From a bacterium (GTDB taxonomy: Bacteria > Patescibacteriota > Minisyncoccia > Moranbacterales > UBA2206): a stretch of DNA of 64,000 nt. This document shows positions 57,705 to 64,000 of this stretch, in pieces. The stretch covers positions 3,320-67,319 of the forward strand of contig JAJYKZ010000002.1 in the NCBI GenBank assembly GCA_021788105.1, in the 5' to 3' direction. The stretch's first letter is position 1, and every line of letters begins with the position of its first letter. The notes beneath the pieces were generated by a model that saw only the letters and a list, made by a program, of their open reading frames with translations, had not been told where the DNA came from and did no database searches. Both the position numbers and the translations under genes were made by a program.

Positions 57705-57711
57705 CTTGTTG

Positions 57712-59508
57712 CTATTGTTTTAACATATAAATTTTACCATAAACGGCCAGATTTTCCATGGCCGGAAGTTTTACCGGAGAAGCGAAAGCCTGTTGAGGTT
57801 CGGTCGGCGTGGCTTCCAAGGCAGTCGTGGCGATTTGATAATTTTTGACCGGAACAAGGCGCGCCAAGAGACCGCTCTGGCGATATGTCTCCAAATCATC
57901 GTTCGGAATGATGAAATAGATGTTGGAAAATTTTGAGCGGTCGATTTTGGCCAGGTCGTTCGGATTGAAAAAATACACCGCCTGCTTGCCGAAAAGAAAA
58001 TTCATCGGCCCAGTCATCATGGACCAGCCGTCGCCGGTCGCTTTGGAATCGACCAGGACAAGATCGGTGCTGCTGAAATTGCTGCTGATAGTTTTGATTT
58101 GGGGAAGCAAATTTTGATTCGAAGAAAAAGCAAGATACGGGACAAACACCAAAAGATTGGCCAGCAAAAGAAGAGAGGAAAAAATATAAAAATAACCGCG
58201 CTTCTTGAAAAACAAATCCAGAAACCAAACGGTGTAAAGAATGCTCACCGGCACTACGGCGAACAAAAAGCGGCGGAGCATCCAAGGATGATCGGAGGAA
58301 ATTCCCGGATACACGATGTAGGCAAATGTCGGAAGAACAATGAGAAACGGCACAAGAATTTCGAATTTTTTATGTTTAAAAAGATAGACGAAGCCGACGA
58401 TTCCAAAAACGAGAAAATTCAAAAGTCCGTAGGCGGAAAAAACGCGCAGAATGTAATAAGTCGACGCCAGCATTCCGCCGGAGGATGAAACCACATCATT
58501 TTTATAGGACAGAAAAGGCAGAACCAAATCTTTCAAAAAAACGATATAAAAACGGCTGTCCACGGTAATGTTAAAAATATAGAGCAGAATCATGCCGCCG
58601 ATAACCGCCAGGATTTCTTTTCCGATGACGGCAAAAAGCAGATATTTCCAATCTTTGTACCGGATAAGCAGGATGGCGACAATGATTGCCAGAAAAGCCA
58701 GCGCTTCCGGACGGGCAAAGACCAAAAGTCCGAATGAAAGAAAAGAAGCCAGTAGATAGAAACGTTCTTTTCGCCGCGTAAAAAGAACGAATTCATAAAT
58801 TCCAAACCAGGTAAGCGCCAAAGCCAGATTTTCGCTCAGTGTGAATTTGAAGAACCAGGAAAAAATAAAAGAGGTAATGACCAAAAGAAACGCCATGACC
58901 GCGGACGAGGATCGGAGATAATAGCGCGCGGTCAAATAGAAAGAGAAAAGGAAAATGAAAAAAGTGATGCCGTTGGCGATCGCGAACCCGTTGAGGCTGA
59001 AGATGGAATAAAAGATGGCTAGCCAGGCGCTGTAGCCGATGGGGAATTGAGTGATGAGGTTTCCGTTTTGCATGTAACTAAAACCGGGAAAATTCAAAGC
59101 TTTGCCCGGACCGTAAATATGAAAAAAGGCGCGCGAAGCATCAAAAGAAAATTCCAAGCGGTGATTCTGGGACAGTTGAATGGCAGTTTCGCTGAGCGAA
59201 CCCTGATCGCGGCCGGAAAAAACAGTCGGCGTTGTATAAAAAGCAAAAACAAAAATGGCAACCAGCGTTAAAAGAAAAATTAGAAAAAAACGGTGGTTGA
59301 TTTCAATTCGGTTTTTATTGAAAGCTATTAAATATAAAAGCATAACCGCGCCTGATAAAATATAGACGGTCAAAATAACATCATAAAAAATTCCGGTCAG
59401 CGCCAGAAACAGCCCCAGCCAGCCCAGACCGATAAAAAACAGAACGAAAAGAGTAAACAGTTGGTATTTGTTTAAGTTTACGGTAAATCGGGAAATGAAA
59501 TTCTTCAT
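57712..59508 (-). CDS. GT-C fold polytopic membrane glycosyltransferase-like protein (ArnT/PMT family-like)
   Basis: ~12 TM helices in 598 aa. The first extracytoplasmic loop has FSGRDQGSL, which resembles the GT39/GT83 acidic motif. Confidence 0.4.
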   Translation of the reverse strand: MKNFISRFTVNLNKYQLFTLFVLFFIGLGWLGLFLALTGIFYDVILTVYILSGAVMLLYLIAFNKNRIEINHRFFLIFLLTLVAIFVFAFYTTPTVFSGRDQGSLSETAIQLSQNHRLEFSFDASRAFFHIYGPGKALNFPGFSYMQNGNLITQFPIGYSAWLAIFYSIFSLNGFAIANGITFFIFLFSFYLTARYYLRSSSAVMAFLLVITSFIFSWFFKFTLSENLALALTWFGIYEFVLFTRRKERFYLLASFLSFGLLVFARPEALAFLAIIVAILLIRYKDWKYLLFAVIGKEILAVIGGMILLYIFNITVDSRFYIVFLKDLVLPFLSYKNDVVSSSGGMLASTYYILRVFSAYGLLNFLVFGIVGFVYLFKHKKFEILVPFLIVLPTFAYIVYPGISSDHPWMLRRFLFAVVPVSILYTVWFLDLFFKKRGYFYIFSSLLLLANLLVFVPYLAFSSNQNLLPQIKTISSNFSSTDLVLVDSKATGDGWSMMTGPMNFLFGKQAVYFFNPNDLAKIDRSKFSNIYFIIPNDDLETYRQSGLLARLVPVKNYQIATTALEATPTEPQQAFASPVKLPAMENLAVYGKIYMLKQ

Positions 59509-59536
59509 TGCCTAATTATACCGCCGAAAAAACCTT

Positions 59537-59565
59537 TTGCAAAGGTTATGTTTATAGGGTAGAAT
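59537..59565 (+). promoter_or_regulatory. Sigma70-like promoter TTGCAA -17- TAGAAT. Predicts a (near-)leaderless transcript for the GT4 gene at 59575
   Basis: Spacing measured directly. The -10 ends 9 nt before the ATG. Overlaps the inverted repeat aacctt-ttgca-aaggtt. Confidence 0.4.
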
Positions 59566-59574
59566 GGCATTGAT

Positions 59575-60789
59575 ATGGCAAAGATTTTAGTCGTGGCTCC
59601 GACTCCGTTTTTTTCCGACCGGGGAGCGCATATCCGGATTTTGGAAGAATCGCTGGCATTGGAAAAGTTGGGCCATCAAGTGACAATTGCAACGTATCAT
59701 ATTGGCAAGGATATTTCCGATAAAATTGATACGCAAATCGATGTGAGGCGTGTCAGGCGCTTGCTTTTTTGGTATAAAAAACTGGAAGCCGGTCCGGACT
59801 GGCAAAAAGTGCTTCTCGACATAATGCTTATCCGCAAAGTTTTCAATCTGGCGCGCACGCAAAAACCGGACATCATTCATAGCCATCTCCACGAAGGGGT
59901 CCTGATTGGCTGGATCGTTCAGAAAGTTTTGTTTTGGAGAAAAATAAAGCTGGTTTCCGATTTTCAAGGCAGCCTGACCAAGGAAATGGTGTCGCACGGA
60001 TATTTGCACGGCGAATTGAAAAGAATATTTTCCCGGATCGAAAGAATTATCGATCGGATGGGTGATTTTGCCGTTGCCAGCTCTTGGGAAGGAACAGAGG
60101 CAATCGAAAAAATTCGAACAGACGGGAAGATTGAAACGGCTTCAGACGGAATCAATTCCGACAGTTTTAATATTCGAAAAACAAAAGAAGAAATCAGAAA
60201 AGAATTGGAGTTGCCATCGGACAAATTTATCATCGGCTATACCGGCGGCCTGGTCGCCAACAAAGGCATCAGCTACCTCTTCAATGCGATTATTTCGATT
60301 TTGGAAAAACGCAAGGATGTGTATTTTTTGCTGGGCGGATTTCCGGCCAATGAAGCGGAAAAATTTATTGCGGAAAATAATTTGCAGGATTTTGCGCGAT
60401 TAGCAAGTCCGCTGGACTATTTCAAGCTTCCGGAATTTTTGTCTGCTTGCGATTTGGCGATTGATCCCAAAGACAGCGGCGTCGCGCAGGCCAGCGGCAA
60501 GATGTTAAACTATATGGCAGCCGGACTGCCGGTAGTTTGCTTCGATAAATCCAATAACCGTCGTTTTCTTGACGGCGCCGGATATTACGCTTCGGAAATT
60601 TCCGGAAAAAGCTTGGCGCTGGCAATTGAAGAAGCATTGAACGATCCGGGGCTTCGGGAAAAAGGAAAAATCAACAAAGAACGGGCGAAAGAATTCAGCT
60701 GGGAGAAGTCCGGAGAGAAGATTGATAAAATCTATAAAAATTTAATTTCTGAAAATAATACAAGCCGGGCGGCGGAAGAAATTTTTTAA
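59575..60789 (+). CDS. Glycosyltransferase family 4
   Basis: GT-B fold. The N-terminus is MAKILVVAPTPFFSDRGAHIRILEE. Confidence 0.7.
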   Translation: MAKILVVAPTPFFSDRGAHIRILEESLALEKLGHQVTIATYHIGKDISDKIDTQIDVRRVRRLLFWYKKLEAGPDWQKVLLDIMLIRKVFNLARTQKPDIIHSHLHEGVLIGWIVQKVLFWRKIKLVSDFQGSLTKEMVSHGYLHGELKRIFSRIERIIDRMGDFAVASSWEGTEAIEKIRTDGKIETASDGINSDSFNIRKTKEEIRKELELPSDKFIIGYTGGLVANKGISYLFNAIISILEKRKDVYFLLGGFPANEAEKFIAENNLQDFARLASPLDYFKLPEFLSACDLAIDPKDSGVAQASGKMLNYMAAGLPVVCFDKSNNRRFLDGAGYYASEISGKSLALAIEEALNDPGLREKGKINKERAKEFSWEKSGEKIDKIYKNLISENNTSRAAEEIF

Positions 60790-60796
60790 TTTTAGT

Positions 60797-62029
60797 ATGA
60801 AACTATTTTTGATAAAATTAGGCAAAGCTTTTACGACTATCAAACGCGACGGGATTATTGTCGGCGGAAAGAGAATTTTTAATTATCTGTTTTTGTTTAT
60901 AAAAACAATTCTTGCCGCCAAGCCGGGCGACATCTTGATTATTACCGGCGGCGTCGGCGACAGCGCGCATTACCGCACCCACAACCAGGCGGAAGAATTC
61001 AATTTGCACGGACTGAAAACTTCCGTGATGCTGCAAGACAATCCTTTGTTGCCGCGCTACGCGGACAAATACAAAATTTTCATTTTTCACCGCACGATCG
61101 TCACGCCGACGATCGCCAAGCTGATTGCAAATATCAAAAAACAGAACAAGGAAATTATTTTTGAAACGGACGATCTGGTTTTTGACGCCAAGCACATCCA
61201 AAGCACCGACCTCTACAAGAACAAAATGACCTATTTCGAAAAGAAGCAGTATGAAAAAGGAGTGGGAGAAGAGATTTTGAAAGATCCGTACGTCAAAGTT
61301 TGTTCCACGACGACGGCATATCTGGCGAAGATTTTAGAAGGCTACGGAAAAAAAGTTTTTATCAACAAAAACAAAATTGACAATCACGAGCTGGAAATCG
61401 CGGAAAATATTTTAAAAACTGACGAAAAAAAATTTCCTCAGGAGCTAAGCTCCTGGAATTCCAGGAGCTTAGCTCCTGAGGAAAAAAATATTTATCTGGG
61501 ATATTTTTCCGGAACGGCCAGCCACAATCGGGATTTCGCGACGATCACGGACGCGCTGGTGGAAATTATGAAAAAACATCCGCAGGTGAAATTGCTGTTA
61601 GCCGGACCCTTGGATACCGATAACATATTGAACAAATTTAAAGACAGAATTATCCGTCTGCCGTTTGTTTCGCGCGATAAATATTTTGGGAATGCCTATA
61701 AGGCTGATATTGTCTTGGCACCATTGGAACTTGGAGTGCCGTATTGTGAAGCAAAATCTGAGTTGAAATTTTTTGAAGCGGGCATTTTGAAAATTCCGAC
61801 CGTGGCGGTTGCCAACCAAACTTTCAAAGAAGCGATTGAGGATGGAGTGGACGGATTTTTGGCCAGCACGACGAACGATTGGATTTTCAAATTGGAAAAA
61901 TTAATCGCGGACGAAAAATTGCGCCAAGAGATGGGCGGGAGAGCCCGCGCGAAAGTAATGGCGGAATATACCAATCGCAACAGTCATAATGAAGAATATT
62001 ATAATTATTTAAAATCAAAACTAGTATGA
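60797..62029 (+). CDS. Glycosyltransferase with GT4-like C-terminal half and unknown N-terminal domain; contains in-frame palindromic insert
   Basis: The C-terminal KFFEAGILKIPTVAVAN ... DGVDGFLA resembles a GT-B C-domain. A 52-bp perfect palindrome encodes KFPQELSSWNSRSLAPEEK. Confidence 0.55.
   Translation: MKLFLIKLGKAFTTIKRDGIIVGGKRIFNYLFLFIKTILAAKPGDILIITGGVGDSAHYRTHNQAEEFNLHGLKTSVMLQDNPLLPRYADKYKIFIFHRTIVTPTIAKLIANIKKQNKEIIFETDDLVFDAKHIQSTDLYKNKMTYFEKKQYEKGVGEEILKDPYVKVCSTTTAYLAKILEGYGKKVFINKNKIDNHELEIAENILKTDEKKFPQELSSWNSRSLAPEEKNIYLGYFSGTASHNRDFATITDALVEIMKKHPQVKLLLAGPLDTDNILNKFKDRIIRLPFVSRDKYFGNAYKADIVLAPLELGVPYCEAKSELKFFEAGILKIPTVAVANQTFKEAIEDGVDGFLASTTNDWIFKLEKLIADEKLRQEMGGRARAKVMAEYTNRNSHNEEYYNYLKSKLV
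61433..61484. repeat. 52-bp perfect palindrome centred on GAATTC inside a CDS; contains the 13-mer GGAGCTAAGCTCC and its complement
   Basis: tttcctcaggagctaagctcctggaattccaggagcttagctcctgaggaaa, seen directly. The same 13-mer recurs at 55542..55554. Confidence 0.8.
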
Positions 62030-62979
62030 AGATTCTAATCACCGGAGGCGCCGGTTTCATTGGCGCGCACACGGCGCAAAAATTGATCGAGAGGGGAGAC
62101 CGGGTTGTTCTTGTCGACAACTTTAATGATTATTATGATCCGCAGCTCAAGCGGGACCGCGTCAAAACTTTGCTGAAGGGAAAAAAATTCAAACTGTACG
62201 AAGCGGACATCCGGAATTATGCTGAGATGGAGAAAATTTTCAAAAAGGAAAAACCGGACAAAATTTTGCATCTGGCGGCAATGGCCGGCGTGCGCTATTC
62301 TTTGGAGAAACCTTTGCTTTACGCAGAAGTGAATGTGATGGGAACGCTCAATCTTTTGGAACTTTCCAGAATCTGCAAGGTTAAAAATTTTGTTTACGCT
62401 TCCTCGTCTTCGGTTTACGGCGTGAATAAAAAAGTGCCGTTTGCCGAAACGGATTTTGTCGACAATCCGATTTCGCCCTACGCGGCCAGCAAAAAATCGA
62501 CTGAGCTTCTGGCGCATGTTTATAGCCATGTCTATGGCCTCAAAACGACCGGTCTGCGTTTCTTCACGGTTTACGGTCCGTGGGGCCGGCCGGATATGGC
62601 GTACTTCAAATTTTCCAAAGCGATGCTGGCCGGAAAACCGATCGACGTCTACAACCACGGCAAGATGCTGCGCGATTTTACCTACATCGACGACATCGTG
62701 GCGGGAACGATCAAGGTTGTTGATGCTGATTTGAAATACGCGGTGATGAATATCGGGGCGGACAAGCCGGAAAAGCTTGGAAAGTTCATTGCGGCACTGG
62801 AAAAAAGTTTGGGCGTCAAGGCGGAAAAGAATTATATGCCGATGCAGCCGGGCGATGTGCCGCGAACGATGGCCGATATCAGCAAATTGCGCAAGCTCGG
62901 ATGGAAACCGAAAGTGCGGATCGAAGAAGGCTTGCAAAATTTCGCGGATTGGTACCGGGAATATTACAAAGTCGAATAG
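62026..62979 (+). CDS. NAD-dependent epimerase/dehydratase, UDP-glucuronate 4-epimerase-like
   Basis: ILITGGAGFIGAH, YAASKKSTE (the YxxxK region) and LRFFTVYGPWGRPDMA, typical of UDP-GlcA epimerases. Confidence 0.75.
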   Translation: MKILITGGAGFIGAHTAQKLIERGDRVVLVDNFNDYYDPQLKRDRVKTLLKGKKFKLYEADIRNYAEMEKIFKKEKPDKILHLAAMAGVRYSLEKPLLYAEVNVMGTLNLLELSRICKVKNFVYASSSSVYGVNKKVPFAETDFVDNPISPYAASKKSTELLAHVYSHVYGLKTTGLRFFTVYGPWGRPDMAYFKFSKAMLAGKPIDVYNHGKMLRDFTYIDDIVAGTIKVVDADLKYAVMNIGADKPEKLGKFIAALEKSLGVKAEKNYMPMQPGDVPRTMADISKLRKLGWKPKVRIEEGLQNFADWYREYYKVE

Positions 62980-63022
62980 AATGGTGGAAAGTTTAACGAA
63001 AATATAGTACAATAATTTTTGT

Positions 63023-63802
63023 ATGGCAAAGAAACATGAAAATTACAAAGAGCTGGTCTGGACTTTGGCCAAAACTGATTTTAAGCTTCGGTATCACGGG
63101 AGCGTTCTGGGTTACATCTGGGCGATTCTGAAACCGCTTCTGCTTTTTGCTATTTTGAATTTCGTGTTTTCTTCCATTTTCAATCCGAAAGGCTCGGGAG
63201 CGCATTATTATTCCATTCAGCTGTTGGTTTCCATTATGCTCTGGACTTTTTTCGCGGAAGGATCTTCGGCCGGCATGGGCTCGCTTCTTTCAAAGGCGCA
63301 GCTGGTTACCAAAATCTATGTTCCGCGCTGGACAATCATCGTCGCTTCAACCATCAACGCAACTCTGGTCTTTTTGATGAACCTCATCGTAATAGTTGTC
63401 TTTTTTGCGATATATCATTTTATGCCCAGCATTGGATCGATTCTTTTTTTCGCACTTTATATTTTTCTCACCTATGTGCTTATTGTTTCTTTTTCGCTTT
63501 TTACCGCGCCGTGGTATGTGAAGCTGCGCGATCTTTCGATGATTTGGGAAGTCGCGCTATCCGCTTTGTTTTACGCGGCGCCGATCGTTTATCCGCTCCA
63601 AATTTTGCCCGCCCGCATCCAAAAAGTCGTGCTCATTAATCCGATGGCTTTTATGATCAATTTTAATAAAGAAGGATTGATTAGTGATCATTTCGCAAAC
63701 GGATATCAGAACATCGGCCTCGTCCTCGCCATTGCCGCTGTGTTTTTCATCAGCATTCTTTCATACAGAAAATTTTCCAAGAGAATAGCGGAAGATATTT
63801 AA
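63023..63802 (+). CDS. ABC-2 type polysaccharide/teichoic-acid export permease (Wzm/TagG-like)
   Basis: The KTDFKLRYHGSVLGYIWAILKPLL signature and 6 TM helices. Confidence 0.8.
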   Translation: MAKKHENYKELVWTLAKTDFKLRYHGSVLGYIWAILKPLLLFAILNFVFSSIFNPKGSGAHYYSIQLLVSIMLWTFFAEGSSAGMGSLLSKAQLVTKIYVPRWTIIVASTINATLVFLMNLIVIVVFFAIYHFMPSIGSILFFALYIFLTYVLIVSFSLFTAPWYVKLRDLSMIWEVALSALFYAAPIVYPLQILPARIQKVVLINPMAFMINFNKEGLISDHFANGYQNIGLVLAIAAVFFISILSYRKFSKRIAEDI

Positions 63803-63810
63803 AAGATTTA

Positions 63811-64000
63811 ATTTCCTTCAATTATGTCCTGCCCTATCCTGTTTTGGCAGGTTTGTTTGACGTTGATGTCGTTGATCTGGTTGCAGATCGAAGAAGCCTT
63901 TTTGGTGACGGCCAAGTCTTTCAAGCAATAGTCTTTTTCAATGCCGCCCTGGCCGTCGCAGTTTGAAACATTTTTCACCGGAATGATGCCGCAAACTTGC
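63811..64000 (-). CDS. 3' end of a minus-strand ORF encoding a Cys-rich protein (partial, continues beyond window)
   Basis: The minus-strand translation ...QVCGIIPVKNVSNCDGQGGIEKDYCLKDLAVTKKASSICNQ...GQDIIEGN ends at a stop. No domain recognised. Confidence 0.25.

Noticed and set aside
62035-63012. 325-aa minus-strand ORF antisense to the epimerase gene
   Set aside because: The plus-strand frame has clear SDR/epimerase motifs. Shadow ORF.
1-64000. CRISPR arrays, rRNA, tRNA, integrase/transposase genes
   Set aside because: I looked for regularly spaced direct repeats, rRNA-like conserved blocks and tRNA cloverleaf signatures in all intergenic gaps and found none. The only repeat families are the short palindromes reported above.

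Overview
The window is AT-rich and densely coded, with almost every gene on the + strand. Many small proteins with N-terminal membrane anchors, frequent gene overlaps and weak or absent Shine-Dalgarno sites suggest a small-genome, possibly CPR/Patescibacteria-like bacterium using the standard genetic code (inference only). Contents in order:

- A partial Fic-family gene with a degenerate motif.
- Eight small hydrolase genes in a row (HD, YfcE-like metallophosphoesterase, 2H phosphoesterase, S51 peptidase, RidA, Ham1 ITPase, MazG-like, HAD), followed by decayed gene fragments.
- A membrane-anchored FKBP and a secreted staphylococcal-nuclease homolog.
- A membrane protein fusing thrombospondin-type-3 Ca-binding repeats to a ferric-reductase-like heme domain, adjacent to apbE (flavin transferase).
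- Secreted GH18-like and GH5-like glycosidases.
- RNase P RNA (rnpB) with a near-consensus promoter.
- A WbaP-like priming sugar transferase.
- A tightly packed 7-gene operon: SDH-family ClpP-fold serine protease, PIN-like nuclease, unknown protein, coiled-coil/3-TM membrane protein, type III R-M Mod, Schlafen/AlbA_2 + HATPase_c_4 protein, type III Res. I consider the first four genes a candidate undescribed defence cassette riding with a type III R-M system.
- A polysaccharide locus: three GT4s, a Wzz-like protein, an 830-aa DUF4012 protein and MurJ.
- lepA, FtsB/DivIC-like, a PpiC-type PPIase and a ferredoxin.
- An HtrA protease without a PDZ domain and, further on, a catalytically dead HtrA paralog that retains the PDZ domain.
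- clpB.
- A GC-richer two-gene island of secreted proteins, bounded by a 12-bp CTGCGATAGCAG repeat array.
- A second polysaccharide locus: Wzz-like, rmlCBD, glyA, rmlA, galU, a TrpR-like regulator plus a hypothetical gene each preceded by a ~32-bp palindromic repeat, several GT4s, a minus-strand GT-C membrane protein operon, a UDP-GlcA-epimerase-like gene and a Wzm ABC-2 permease.

No CRISPR arrays, tRNAs, rRNAs, transposases or integrases were recognised. Coordinates of RNA and regulatory elements are approximate (a few bases).
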